64,000 nt of DNA, from IMG/VR virus record IMGVR_UViG_2898907183_000003, positions 5,759-69,758 of that record; one strand, given 5' to 3'. This DNA comes from a virus (lineage: Duplodnaviria; Caudoviricetes). The notes beneath the pieces were generated by a model. The model saw only the letters and a program-made list of their open reading frames with translations, was not told the origin of the DNA and ran no database searches. Positions within the stretch are counted from its first letter, which is position 1. Every line of letters begins with the position of its first letter. The position numbers were made by a program, and so were the translations under genes. Positions 1-9,856 of the stretch are shown here, one piece after another.

Positions 1-280
1 GCGCGTTTTAAGTCCGATGATGACGCAATCTTTTTCGCCGAAGCCCGCACCGGATGGCCTCACGCGATTGAGAGGGCTCTGAAAGCCGAGAATGAACGGG
101 ATCTCGCGTTTAATATGTACGTGGTGGCTGACGAGAACTGCAAGCGCTTGGAGTCGGAAGTCGATCGGTTGCGCGGGGTTCTCGAATACTTTGCGGTCAG
201 CCCGATATTTCGCTTCGTGGAATCCCCGCATTCCTTGCGTCAAATGGCGCAAATGGCGTTGAGAAAGGAGGCAACCGCCG

Positions 281-586
281 ATGACCAATGAGAACACGCA
301 GTATTGGAAGCGTGTAGTCGCGTATTTCGACCGCGTGGAGAAAGGCGAGGAGCGTCCGACTTATGACGAATTGGTCCGGCGCGCAAAGAGAACCGCACGG
401 CACGGTCAAGCGGCGAACGACCGCGTGGCCGAGTTGGAAGCGGAGAACTCGCGGTTGCAATCGGAAATTCAAACGATAACGCACGTCATTTACTCGGAGG
501 ATGCCGAGAAAGAACGGTTGCGTGCGGAAATTTATAGGCTTCACGCCATCATCGAAAAGGGGGCGAGAAAGGGTGCCGAAAGCTAA
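281..586 (+). CDS. Hypothetical phage protein (coiled coil)
   Basis: RBS GGAGG upstream; heptad-like VAELEAENSRLQSEI. Confidence 0.6.
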   Translation: MTNENTQYWKRVVAYFDRVEKGEERPTYDELVRRAKRTARHGQAANDRVAELEAENSRLQSEIQTITHVIYSEDAEKERLRAEIYRLHAIIEKGARKGAES

Positions 587-968
587 ACGTAACCTCCCGC
601 CCGCCAAAGCGTGGCGCGAACGGGAGGTGGCGGACTGGAACACGACGACCTTCTGCGCGTACCTGTCCGACCGCCACGCGGAACTCTACGGCATCCCGTA
701 CGTGCCGGGCCGGGGCGGTTGGCGGGCCGAGCAAGGCATGATTAAACGGGAGATCACCGAGCACGGTCCGGAAGTGGTCAAACGGTTTATTGACGAGTGT
801 TTCCGCGAGTATAAGCCAAAGCGCGAGTATCCCGGTCTTAACTTCACGTTCATGTACACGTATATGAGGGCGCGGGTGCTGCCGAAAGTGCTGGCGGAGG
901 CGCGTGTGAATCGGGGCGACGATGTAAGGCATGAGATGACGGCGGAAGAATTGGCTGATTGGCTATAG
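573..968 (+). CDS. Hypothetical replication protein, possible helicase-loader partner
   Basis: GTG start overlapping previous stop; lies just upstream of DnaC-like gene. Confidence 0.55.
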   Translation: MPKAKRNLPPAKAWREREVADWNTTTFCAYLSDRHAELYGIPYVPGRGGWRAEQGMIKREITEHGPEVVKRFIDECFREYKPKREYPGLNFTFMYTYMRARVLPKVLAEARVNRGDDVRHEMTAEELADWL

Positions 969-987
969 AACGAAAGGAGCGATAAGA

Positions 988-1431
988 ATGCGTGAAATCA
1001 AGTTTCGGGCGTGGGACGAGGAAAAGAAACGAATGTTTGATGGTGACGCAATCGAAGAACATGACCTGATCACTGGACTGTCTTACGGGAAGCTGTTTGT
1101 CGCTACAGAAGACCCGGACTGGCGCGAGATGACGGTCATGCAATTCACCGGCCTCCACGACAAGAACGGTCGGGAGATTTATGAGGGGGATCTTGTAAGG
1201 AATCATCGAAGGGTCTCCGTCTACGGTGATGAGATATTAAAGGTGATATATCAAGAAGCAGTAATTACTGAATCACCAGACGGCGTTCGTTGGACCTCAG
1301 AGAAGCCAGGATTTCGATTTATACGGATAGGTAAAGGGATGATAACTGCTTTTGTTCCTCATGAAGATTTAGAAGTCATCGGCAACATCTACGAGAACCC
1401 GGAGCTGCTTCAATCCGAAAAGCGCGTGTGA
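988..1431 (+). CDS. yopX: YopX family protein
   Basis: MREIKFRAWD, MQFTGLHDKNGREIYEGD and EVIGNIYENPELL motifs. Confidence 0.88.
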   Translation: MREIKFRAWDEEKKRMFDGDAIEEHDLITGLSYGKLFVATEDPDWREMTVMQFTGLHDKNGREIYEGDLVRNHRRVSVYGDEILKVIYQEAVITESPDGVRWTSEKPGFRFIRIGKGMITAFVPHEDLEVIGNIYENPELLQSEKRV

Positions 1432-1474
1432 TTTTCCCTTTCTGATGTACATTACCTTTCGGAGGTGATCGCGC

Positions 1475-2269
1475 TTGACGCAAAGCACTAACGCAAGTGC
1501 ATGTATCCTTCGCGGCCCGTGTAAAACAGCGGATGACCCTGCGATATGCACCCGCCTTTGCCCGCACTTCATCGCCCTCCACGGGGCGTCCGGCGCAGGT
1601 GGTAGAGTGAGTGCCGCGAACATCCCGTCCGACTACCGCCATGTAACGGTAGCCACCTCGGTCGCGCGCCGGGATCAAGCGGCAGCCTACGCGATCGTGG
1701 ACCGGTATATCGCGACGTTCGACCGCCAGTTTGAACCGGACGCGGGCGGACCAGAAGCCGCCGACAGGCGGATTAAGTCGCTATACCTCTATTCGCGCGA
1801 GCCTGGTACCGGCAAGACGACGACGGCCGCCGCGATTGCCAACACGTATCTCATCGCGCACTATATCGGCAGATTAAAGCGCGATAGGCAGCCGCTGCAG
1901 CGGCCGGTATACTTCCTCGATGTAAACGAGTGGCAGACGTTGTTCAACGCGTTCAATCGGCCGAGGGTCCCGGACCATATCGCGGAGCCAGCGAGTGATG
2001 CGTATTACCGCTCGATGGAACACGCTAAGGCCGCGCCGTTTCTCGTGATGGACGATATAGGCGTCCGGGACGCGACCGATGCGTTTCGCGGGGACTTACA
2101 CGCGATAATCAACCATCGGGTGACGAATCGGTTGCCGACCGTTTATACCTCGAACGTGCCAATCGATGAGCTCGCGCAAGTGTTTGACGCGCGGCTGGCG
2201 GATCGGGTGCGGGACCAATGCGCGGTCGTGACGTTTAAAGGCGAATCGAAAAGAGGGGTTCGAAAATGA
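1475..2269 (+). CDS. DnaC/IstB-like AAA+ helicase loader
   Basis: Walker A PGTGKTT, Walker B LVMDDIG, TVYTSN and RLADR motifs. Confidence 0.85.
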   Translation: MTQSTNASACILRGPCKTADDPAICTRLCPHFIALHGASGAGGRVSAANIPSDYRHVTVATSVARRDQAAAYAIVDRYIATFDRQFEPDAGGPEAADRRIKSLYLYSREPGTGKTTTAAAIANTYLIAHYIGRLKRDRQPLQRPVYFLDVNEWQTLFNAFNRPRVPDHIAEPASDAYYRSMEHAKAAPFLVMDDIGVRDATDAFRGDLHAIINHRVTNRLPTVYTSNVPIDELAQVFDARLADRVRDQCAVVTFKGESKRGVRK

Positions 2270-2592
2270 CCGAACAGCAGATCATTGAAACGCTGGCAAC
2301 GAAGGTGATGGGGTGGGAGAAACGGGACTTGCAAGAGCTGGACTATTGGTATCACGACGGGAAAGTCATCTGTCGTAGAGGGAACTGGAACCCACTCCAA
2401 AACAAAGCCGATGCGTGGATGATTGTGAAAAAGCTGGAACAAGAATTTGATGCTGTTTGCTTGATGAAAGAAGGGGAAGAGTGGCGATTTTATGTCGGTA
2501 GGTACGATGCTGATGAGTATGAAGCGACAGCACCAACTGCCCAAGAAGCCATCTGCAACGTTGCGATAAAGGCGGTGGAGGCTACCGAATGA
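2266..2592 (+). CDS. Phage protein, ABA-sandwich-like
   Basis: LATKVMGW...WNP...DAWMIVKKL...EAICNVAIKA pattern. Confidence 0.6.
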   Translation: MTEQQIIETLATKVMGWEKRDLQELDYWYHDGKVICRRGNWNPLQNKADAWMIVKKLEQEFDAVCLMKEGEEWRFYVGRYDADEYEATAPTAQEAICNVAIKAVEATE

Positions 2593-2717
2593 TACGCGCC
2601 ATCCTACTACATTACCACGGCTGGCGCATGAGACGCGCCGTTCGCAAGCAAGTCCGGGCCGAAAAGGAGTTCACGCGCCACTGGATCGAGTGGCACGCGC
2701 TGCGCCGTTCGCTTTAA
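2589..2717 (+). CDS. Small basic protein (42 aa, below ORF-track cutoff)
   Basis: ATGA overlap with upstream stop; MIRAILLHYHGWRMRRAVRKQ... Confidence 0.45.
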   Translation: MIRAILLHYHGWRMRRAVRKQVRAEKEFTRHWIEWHALRRSL

Positions 2718-2873
2718 TTAAACGGAAAACTTGTCAAGCACTTTTTTCACAAAAATCACCACACTAGACACAATTAAACCGAATCCAACGGAAAAAGACA
2801 GAATGTAACGGAATAGAAAAACGAGTTTAGTAAAAATGAAAGGAAAACCCCGTGTTATGATGGAGGTGGCCGG

Positions 2874-3368
2874 ATGGAGCCGCGCTTCAAGATCGGCGAC
2901 CGTGTTACCGTCAAAGGCTACGGTAATCGTGTATACGAAGTCCTCGGGTACACGGTCAGTGAATATACGGACGCGTCCGGAACGATAACCGAATTGTATT
3001 ACGATGTGGGACCAGTAGACATTATCGGAGTGTTCGAGGTGATCGAAGCCGCCGAAGAGGACATGACGCTCGTTGGGCCGCCCGATCTAAGTGCCGTGTA
3101 CTTCTTTCCCGAGAAGCCGATCGATTACGTTATTACGTTTACGTTTGCGCCGGAATCGATCATCTCCGATGCGGACAGGCGAGAGGCGTATATAAACGGA
3201 AACGATACGCGAAATGTACGCAGAGACTACGCGAACATGACGCCCGAGGAGCTCATCGAAATGTACGCCGATTACATGGCGCTGGACCGCGCGTTTGGTG
3301 GCCGGGTGTACAAACGGAGGGCGGACGCGATCATGGCGGAATTACACAAACGGAAGGAGGCGAAATAA
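2874..3368 (+). CDS. Hypothetical phage protein (N-terminal SH3/KOW-like)
   Basis: RBS GGAGG; FKIGDRVTVKG motif. Confidence 0.6.
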   Translation: MEPRFKIGDRVTVKGYGNRVYEVLGYTVSEYTDASGTITELYYDVGPVDIIGVFEVIEAAEEDMTLVGPPDLSAVYFFPEKPIDYVITFTFAPESIISDADRREAYINGNDTRNVRRDYANMTPEELIEMYADYMALDRAFGGRVYKRRADAIMAELHKRKEAK

Positions 3369-3371
3369 ACG

Positions 3372-4718
3372 ATGGCATACGGCGAACAGTTACTCTCGAA
3401 AATTATTGACGTGAATGACCCTGCCGCCCTTATCCGGTTCGATATCCGCGAGGAACATTTCGGGACCGAGGCCGAGCGCTCCGCTTACCGGTTTATCCGC
3501 GAGTATGCGGAGGTGAACGGTGGGCGCGCTCCGGACTATCGGACGGTCGTCGCGGAAGTCAAGGGGTTCACGTACATGCCGGAAGTGGGCGATAGCGTCG
3601 AGTACCTGGCGCGGAAGGTGAAGGAGGGCGCGGGTAAACGGCAGCTTCACGAGTTCCTGACGAGCCATGAGTTCGGGAAGAAGTTCACGGAAATGTCCCC
3701 GGAAGAGTTTTCGGACTGGTTGATTTCGGAAGTCCAAAGCGTTAAAATGAGAACAAGTGTTCGTAATCGAGTGGGAACGGACATCAAGCGGGACACGGAT
3801 GCGTTTCTTGACGAATATCGCAAACGCAAGGAAGGACGTTCGTTCAAGATTTGGCGCTCGAAATTTCCGACAATCAACCGCGAAATAGGCGGGTACCTTT
3901 CCGGCAACATGTATACGTGGTACGGTCGATCTGGCCGCGGCAAGTCCGTATTCACGATGGAGGAGGCGATAGAGTCCGCGTTCCAGGGCGCAACCGTTCT
4001 CGTGTGGGCGATGGAGATGTCGTGGTTCGAATGGCTGGCGCGTGCTTACTCGTCAGTATCTGCTCGACTCGGTAAGTGCATCGCGAAGATCGACGGAGTG
4101 GACTACGAAGCCGGTTTCGAGAACCGGGCGTTGCTGACCGGGAAGCTGCCGGAAGAGTTCGAGAAAGGCTTCGAAGAATTTCTTGCGGAGTTAAACGAGA
4201 TGATTCCGGGAAACATCGTTCTGCGTGCGGCCGATCATCCGGATTTCACCTCGCGGCGAGTACGCGACCTAGAAGCGGATATTCTCGCGACGAAGGCAGA
4301 CATCGTCGTGATCGACCCGTACTATTACATGCACTACGAGAAGAACACGTCGAAAACAGCGGGCGGTGATGCGGCAGCAACGTCGATGAAATTACGTGCG
4401 CTGGCCGGGAGGACGCAGACGGTCATTCACGGCATCACGCAAGCGGATGAAGTTCGCGATGATAAAGACGACGAAGGAAACCGGGAATTGCGGCCACCGA
4501 CTCGCGCAGAACTAAAGAAAAGCAAACAGTTCCTGGAGGATTCCGCGCTCACGCTCGGCATCGACACGCTGGATGGTATCGGTGTTATCCAGTTGAACAA
4601 AGGGCGAAACGGCGGCGAGGGAATACGAGTCGAAGTATTATACCTACCAAACTATGGGATTGTTCGCGAGATAGAAACGGGGGAGGAAGCGGCAAAACAA
4701 TTCGTTAGCATTTTTTGA
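3372..4718 (+). CDS. dnaB: DnaB-like replicative helicase
   Basis: Walker A GRSGRGKS, AMEMS, VVIDPY, NKGRNG motifs. Confidence 0.92.
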   Translation: MAYGEQLLSKIIDVNDPAALIRFDIREEHFGTEAERSAYRFIREYAEVNGGRAPDYRTVVAEVKGFTYMPEVGDSVEYLARKVKEGAGKRQLHEFLTSHEFGKKFTEMSPEEFSDWLISEVQSVKMRTSVRNRVGTDIKRDTDAFLDEYRKRKEGRSFKIWRSKFPTINREIGGYLSGNMYTWYGRSGRGKSVFTMEEAIESAFQGATVLVWAMEMSWFEWLARAYSSVSARLGKCIAKIDGVDYEAGFENRALLTGKLPEEFEKGFEEFLAELNEMIPGNIVLRAADHPDFTSRRVRDLEADILATKADIVVIDPYYYMHYEKNTSKTAGGDAAATSMKLRALAGRTQTVIHGITQADEVRDDKDDEGNRELRPPTRAELKKSKQFLEDSALTLGIDTLDGIGVIQLNKGRNGGEGIRVEVLYLPNYGIVREIETGEEAAKQFVSIF

Positions 4719-4728
4719 TATTAACCAC

Positions 4729-4782
4729 TTGCGTTCCTAATTGGGAACAGTTACAATGTAGACAAAGTTCCTTATTAGAAAC
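4729..4782 (+). promoter_or_regulatory. sigmaA-type promoter with two operator-like palindromes
   Basis: TTGCGT-N17-TACAAT (4729-4757); GTTCCTAATTGGGAAC (4733-4748) and GTTCCTTATTAGAAAC (4767-4782). Confidence 0.55.
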
Positions 4783-4794
4783 TATGGTGAGGTA

Positions 4795-5013
4795 ATGAAG
4801 ATGTACAAGGATTGTATTGAAGAAGTGCTAACTGCGGCAGAGGTAGACAGGAAGTGGGGAAAATCACATGGTACCACTAAGGTGTACTGTCAACGCGGCA
4901 TCTTCACCGATAAAGAGGCCCGTAAATCCGGCGGTACATGGCTTGTCACCTATAGCGGCGCGGTTAGAGTCTTCGGCAACCCACCGGAAAGGGGTGACGA
5001 ATCTGAAAATTGA
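4795..5013 (+). CDS. Small winged-HTH DNA-binding protein (excisionase/MerR-like fold)
   Basis: VLTAAEVDRKWG...EARKSGGTWLVT pattern; AT-rich insertion between helicase and primase. Confidence 0.7.
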   Translation: MKMYKDCIEEVLTAAEVDRKWGKSHGTTKVYCQRGIFTDKEARKSGGTWLVTYSGAVRVFGNPPERGDESEN

Positions 5014-6010
5014 TGTCCGTGCCGAACTCGAATCCTTCCCGTGGAAACGAGCCACATGGACACCCGACAAGTTAACCGCGGCCTCCCCGTTTCGCTACGA
5101 CGGCACGCCGTCCTTCTACGTATGGCTCGCGAACAATCCCGTAACCGGCGCGCGTGCTGGCGATTGGGGCGACTACGGCGCGACCGATCCCGAGTACCGA
5201 CGCGGTGGCATCGTGAAGCTCCTCGCGTTCCTGCGTAACGAAACCGAGGAGGAAACGGAGGAGTATCTACGATGGAAGTACGGGGAGGCAACGGGAGACG
5301 CCGAGAACCTAACGTTAGACCTATCGGGAGTCCTCCGATTGCCTGAGCGGAGGCAGCCGTTGGACCCACGAATACTAAACGCATGGGACTGCGAACATCC
5401 ATACTTGTGCCTACGCGGAATAAGTCCGGAGGTACAGAAGGAAATGCGGGTCGGATACGATATAAAAAGAAAGGCGATAACGATTCCGTGGTTCCTTCCG
5501 GACGGTTCACTTGGCAACGTCAAGTTCCGTCGCGTCGATTCTAAAGCGTTCTGGTACGTCAAAGGAGGCTGGCCCATTCGCGAGCTCGTTTACGGAATAG
5601 ACGCAATCTACCGAAAACGAGCGAAGGTGGCCGTCCTGGTTGAAGCGGAAATTGACGCGATGTACGTCATGACCGCGGGTTTCCCGGCGGTTGCGGTCGG
5701 GGGGGCGTTATTCAGCGAGGAGAAGGCGGAGGTCATCCGGAGGAGTCCGATCGAACGGCTGCTCATCGCGACGGACAACGATGAGGCAGGAAAGAAGTTG
5801 CGAGAGCAGGTAATCGAGAAGATGACGGGATACTGCGAGTTGCTGTCGGTGGAGTTTCCGGAGACGTATAAGGACGTCAACGAGATCACGGACTTGGACG
5901 AGTTGCGTGGGTACATAGAAAGAGCTGCTCCTGTCAATTGGTACAAGTTTCCTCTTTTGTCGCAACAAGTCGACAAGTCTCGCGGGACAGATTCGACAAA
6001 GATTTGCTAA
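4994..6010 (+). CDS. DNA primase (TOPRIM)
   Basis: VLVEAEIDAM, IATDNDEAG, KDVNE TOPRIM motifs; start is GTG 4994 or CTG 5003. Confidence 0.88.
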   Translation: MTNLKIDVRAELESFPWKRATWTPDKLTAASPFRYDGTPSFYVWLANNPVTGARAGDWGDYGATDPEYRRGGIVKLLAFLRNETEEETEEYLRWKYGEATGDAENLTLDLSGVLRLPERRQPLDPRILNAWDCEHPYLCLRGISPEVQKEMRVGYDIKRKAITIPWFLPDGSLGNVKFRRVDSKAFWYVKGGWPIRELVYGIDAIYRKRAKVAVLVEAEIDAMYVMTAGFPAVAVGGALFSEEKAEVIRRSPIERLLIATDNDEAGKKLREQVIEKMTGYCELLSVEFPETYKDVNEITDLDELRGYIERAAPVNWYKFPLLSQQVDKSRGTDSTKIC

Positions 6011-6068
6011 AATAAGCCATACGATGTACCCAAATTTGGGGTACAATAAGCCCGGAGTAGAACGAAGT

Positions 6069-6314
6069 CTACTCGTTCATGTCCCTGTCTTCTTCCGCCC
6101 TCGGAACCCATTCCCACTCCCACAGATCGTCGATGTGGCAGCTACAAAATTCGGCGATATCCTTCTGTGTGTTTAAGGGGATAGGGCGTCGATTGTTCGC
6201 CCAGTCACTGACGCGTTGCCTAGATACGCGTAGCCACTTTGCCAAAGCAGCCTGCGTCTTTTTCGCTTCTTTGAGGCGGCGCTTCAACAGGGACTTCCGG
6301 GCTACAAACGGCAT
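6069..6314 (-). CDS. XRE/Cro-like HTH regulator
   Basis: TQAALAKWLRVSRQRVSDWANN helix-turn-helix. Confidence 0.85.
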   Translation of the reverse strand: MPFVARKSLLKRRLKEAKKTQAALAKWLRVSRQRVSDWANNRRPIPLNTQKDIAEFCSCHIDDLWEWEWVPRAEEDRDMNE

Positions 6315-6344
6315 CGGAAGTACCCCCGTGTTAGTTGATCAGAC

Positions 6345-6566
6345 TTAATCTTTATTGGTAACCACGTCTTCTAATTTTATCTCCACCACCCTTTCTATCG
6401 GTACTTTAAGATAGCGGCATATCCGGTCAATAATGTCTAACCTTACGGACTCATTCTTTGCGAATTTAGCAACAGTACCGGATGCTAGTTTGCAATCTCG
6501 GACAAGATCCATGAGCTTCACATTTTTCGACTCTAGGGTGCGGAAAAGAGGCTCGTAACTAATCAT
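6345..6566 (-). CDS. Cro/C1-type HTH regulator (HTH_26/YozG-like)
   Basis: RBS GGAGGTG then MISYEPL...ESVRLDIIDRICRYLKVPIERVVE. Confidence 0.85.
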   Translation of the reverse strand: MISYEPLFRTLESKNVKLMDLVRDCKLASGTVAKFAKNESVRLDIIDRICRYLKVPIERVVEIKLEDVVTNKD

Positions 6567-6750
6567 ATAGAATTCACCTCCATCCATGCACAAAACCTCA
6601 TTCACAAACATAGATATGAGGTATATAATGTCATTATAACCTGTTTTTGTGAAAGGAGGATAATTTTTAGAAAAAAAATTATGCGCACATGTCCCAAAAT
6701 GGCAATTTGCTGTGCGTATATAACTAGGAACAAAGAAAAGGAGTGATGAG

Positions 6751-7359
6751 ATGGTTAACTCTGACAAACTGAATACCCTCGCTTTGATGGCACAGAGAGG
6801 TTGCCCAGAATCCGAGCTCGATATCTTATTACGATTCATGCCAGTAATCGAGCGGATTTCAAAAACCATCAGACACCTGATTGACGACGAAGTTGCATTT
6901 GAGGCGTATTGCTATAATCTGATCAAACAAGCAATCCGGAAGTATGACGAGTCAAAAGGCAATCTGCGCTGGCAAATTGAAATCAGACTCAGGGACGCAC
7001 GAAGGCATTTTATTAAAAACAGAAGTAAACGACGAAAAATACAAGTATCGTACGAATTTATTACTGGGCGAACAGATGTTGACGAAGAGAGAAAAAGAAC
7101 CATCGAATTTGAAGATGTATTGGCGGACATCGAGTCGATGGTTTGTGAGAGAGAAAGGCTTCAAGAAAAAATCGCCCTTTTGGCGAAGGGCGATCCCAAA
7201 AAGACCACGATCCTCAACGCTTGGCTCATCGGATTTGATAACGATTCGGAACTTGCACTGTTGTTGGCGCAACAGTACGGAGGTAAATCCGAATCTCATC
7301 GACGAACCATTACACGCTTCAGATCATATTGTCAGGCTGTCTTGGCTGGATCAGCCTGA
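6751..7359 (+). CDS. Phage sigma-70-like transcription factor
   Basis: Region 2-like LIKQAIRKYDESKG and TIEFEDVLA; C-terminal region 4-like helix; divergent from two HTH genes. Confidence 0.7.
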   Translation: MVNSDKLNTLALMAQRGCPESELDILLRFMPVIERISKTIRHLIDDEVAFEAYCYNLIKQAIRKYDESKGNLRWQIEIRLRDARRHFIKNRSKRRKIQVSYEFITGRTDVDEERKRTIEFEDVLADIESMVCERERLQEKIALLAKGDPKKTTILNAWLIGFDNDSELALLLAQQYGGKSESHRRTITRFRSYCQAVLAGSA

Positions 7360-7494
7360 CAATTTCGAGGACCAGGAATTGGCGCGTTTAGGCATCACGC
7401 GTCGATTCCGTCCTCATGACTAAGTATAACCAACGTTGATAACCATAATCAACACATTGTAGGTTTTTTCCAGATAAAAACAACTACGTTTATT

Positions 7495-7523
7495 ATCTTA
7501 TTAGTTTGGCATCTACTTGTCAA
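7495..7523 (-). promoter_or_regulatory. Leftward sigmaA promoter convergent with the sigma-like gene
   Basis: TTGACA-N17-TAAGAT on the minus strand. Confidence 0.55.
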
Positions 7524-7749
7524 GCGTATTTGTCACGGAAATTTTCGACAATTACACGAAAGTTATACGAATCGGAGGCGATATATTCATGAGACGAATC
7601 TCTATTTACGATATTATACGAAATGACTACGAAATGGTTTCGCGAATCTACGAAAACGCAACGCTCGATTACAACGGGGCTCCGGGACCAGACGAGGACC
7701 CGGCCGACTACCTTCCGCGCGGAGGCGTGATCCAGGCGGTGAGGATCGC

Positions 7750-8307
7750 ATGAGCTTCGCGGTTGCCGCTGGGGCCAACGTTACGCCCCGGAAAATCACC
7801 GTCACTCAACACGCAATCGACGAGGCGGTGCGGGATTTCCGAGTCCCGCGCCAGACCGCCGAGGAGTGGGTCCGGTTGAACTTCCGCAAGGCCCGGTTCA
7901 TCGCGAACATCATATCGGGCGAGGGCAAGCCAACGCGCCTTTTCGGATATAACGGGATTGCCTTCGCGGTTGATCCGCATGAAGACTGTGTAATCACCGT
8001 TTACCCTGCGACGCCAAAAGCGTCTGTACGCGATAAGATTCACGAAATGGTCACCCGTGATCTCCGCAAGATCGAACGTAAGGAGTCGATACTTGAGCGT
8101 CGAATCGCGCTGACCAAGGCGGATCTCGACATCGAAAAAGCCGCGTTGCAACTCCGGCTGCTCCGCGCGAGAAGCCTGGCGACCAAACTCGCGTGCCAGG
8201 CGAGGATCAACGCGATTAACGAATACTTTACGCAGCTTGACGCAGACCTGCTCGCGGTCAAAAACGAAAAGCGAGCGGTGGCGAAAACGGTGGTTGCGTA
8301 TATGTGA
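7750..8307 (+). CDS. Hypothetical phage protein
   Basis: N-terminal ITVTQHAIDE motif, C-terminal coiled coil; translationally coupled. Confidence 0.65.
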   Translation: MSFAVAAGANVTPRKITVTQHAIDEAVRDFRVPRQTAEEWVRLNFRKARFIANIISGEGKPTRLFGYNGIAFAVDPHEDCVITVYPATPKASVRDKIHEMVTRDLRKIERKESILERRIALTKADLDIEKAALQLRLLRARSLATKLACQARINAINEYFTQLDADLLAVKNEKRAVAKTVVAYM

Positions 8308-8656
8308 AGGGAGGTTATCAGATGGTAAGGGTTTTCTTAACTGTCGGTTGGGACGCGGAAGAGTTCCTCGTACCGTTGAAAATCGACTCGGCATCGCAGC
8401 ACATCGCATCAATCAGAAGATGTGATCGACTGTTATCTGTCGGACATCGTACACGCGGCGATGTGGGGGTCTTGTAATCCCGGCGCTTCACGCGTCGGCA
8501 AGGCGGTGTCGGCGCTAGTTGAGACCGATCGACTCGCGCAGGGATAATCGGACGGTTGAGACGGATCAACCCGATGGCCCCGCTGATGCCGTCTCGCGGG
8601 CGCGGGAATGTCCGGCGCTCGAACGAAATCTATACGATAAGGAGCGATGTGAAACG

Positions 8657-9385
8657 ATGAGCATCCGCAACAAATTGAAGGAACGCGAAGAGGCACGCGA
8701 CAAGGCGGCGCAAGGGGCTGGCGGAGGAATCAACGCAGGCCTGCCGGAAGGTGTCACGCGGTACGTCAAACTCGGCCAGGAACTCAAGGACGGGAAGACG
8801 TTCGTGCCCCTCGCGGAACCCGACATGTGGTTCTTCTACTACGTGCATGAGGACGGCCAATTCTCCCCGCGCGAAGTGTACGTACAGAAGCATACGTGCC
8901 TGCACAGCCCGCACGCCGCGCCAGCGTCGAAAGAGGAGTCGCCGGACCTGTTCGACCAGTACGTGAAGCCGAACGGCTCCGTATGCCTGTCGTGCCGCGC
9001 GAAGGCAAAACGGAAACTCTACTTCATGCTGCCGGTGTACGATCCGGAATACGGGACCTGGCGCGTGCTCGATTTGAAGGAGTTCCACGCGGGCAAACTG
9101 ATCGACGACTACGACAAGCTCGAGAAGGCCGCGAAAAAGTTTAACAAGGATTATACGTTGGTTGGAGATGCGGTAGTCATCCGTAAGACGGCGGACGGCA
9201 AGTCGTACTCGATGGAGTCCGGGGAACTTGACGAGGCCACGCTTGAAGCCGCCCGCGCGTTCATCGGCAGCCCCGAGATCAATTACGAGGAGCTCGCGAA
9301 CTTCCGCGACGAGGCCGACATCCGGGAGATCCTCGAAAAGGCAACGGACGGTCACGTTGACAAGTCGGTGCTGTTGAATTTCTAA
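8657..9385 (+). CDS. gp32-like single-stranded DNA-binding protein
   Basis: YYVHE...HTCLH...CLSC metal-binding residues; acidic C-terminus; replication-module position. Confidence 0.65.
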   Translation: MSIRNKLKEREEARDKAAQGAGGGINAGLPEGVTRYVKLGQELKDGKTFVPLAEPDMWFFYYVHEDGQFSPREVYVQKHTCLHSPHAAPASKEESPDLFDQYVKPNGSVCLSCRAKAKRKLYFMLPVYDPEYGTWRVLDLKEFHAGKLIDDYDKLEKAAKKFNKDYTLVGDAVVIRKTADGKSYSMESGELDEATLEAARAFIGSPEINYEELANFRDEADIREILEKATDGHVDKSVLLNF

Positions 9386-9403
9386 CGAAGAGGAGGCGGT
9401 TGA

Positions 9404-9559
9404 ATGGCGAAAATAATCGAGGTTCTCATCGCGGTAATTATGTTTAATTTACTCGCGGTGTTTATCTCCTTTATTACCGGATTAGATTACTCGCGCTCTA
9501 TCGTTGCGGTGGTGGTCGGTTACCTCGCATCGGATTTCATAGATAAGATTACCGACTAA
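9404..9559 (+). CDS. Small membrane protein (51 aa)
   Basis: AGGAGG RBS; two hydrophobic segments. Confidence 0.55.
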   Translation: MAKIIEVLIAVIMFNLLAVFISFITGLDYSRSIVAVVVGYLASDFIDKITD

Positions 9560-9571
9560 GGAGGCGGTCTG

Positions 9572-9856
9572 GTGGCGCAAGCAATCCAACGAGAAAAGAA
9601 GCTGACGCTCGCGATCAACGTGAACAAGGCGGAGGAACTGCCGCAGACGGCCGTATATATCGGAATGTTCCTCGACACGCTTGACGCCGAGGACGAATAC
9701 GACATCGACCTCCACGTCGGGGTTAACGCGCCGAAAGAGGACGAGAAGCCGCCGATTGGGTTCGGGACGCATGCAAAGGGGTTCGAAGTGGTAAGCGACC
9801 TGGTAGAGATCGATCTTGACGACGAGGAGGAACCGGATGGCGAACCAATCGACTAA
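9572..9856 (+). CDS. Hypothetical acidic protein
   Basis: GGAGG RBS, GTG start, operon context. Confidence 0.55.
   Translation: MAQAIQREKKLTLAINVNKAEELPQTAVYIGMFLDTLDAEDEYDIDLHVGVNAPKEDEKPPIGFGTHAKGFEVVSDLVEIDLDDEEEPDGEPID

Noticed and set aside
6345-6869. 174-aa version of the minus-strand HTH ORF
   Set aside because: The extension crosses the promoter region and sigma-like gene; RBS and motif support a start at 6566.
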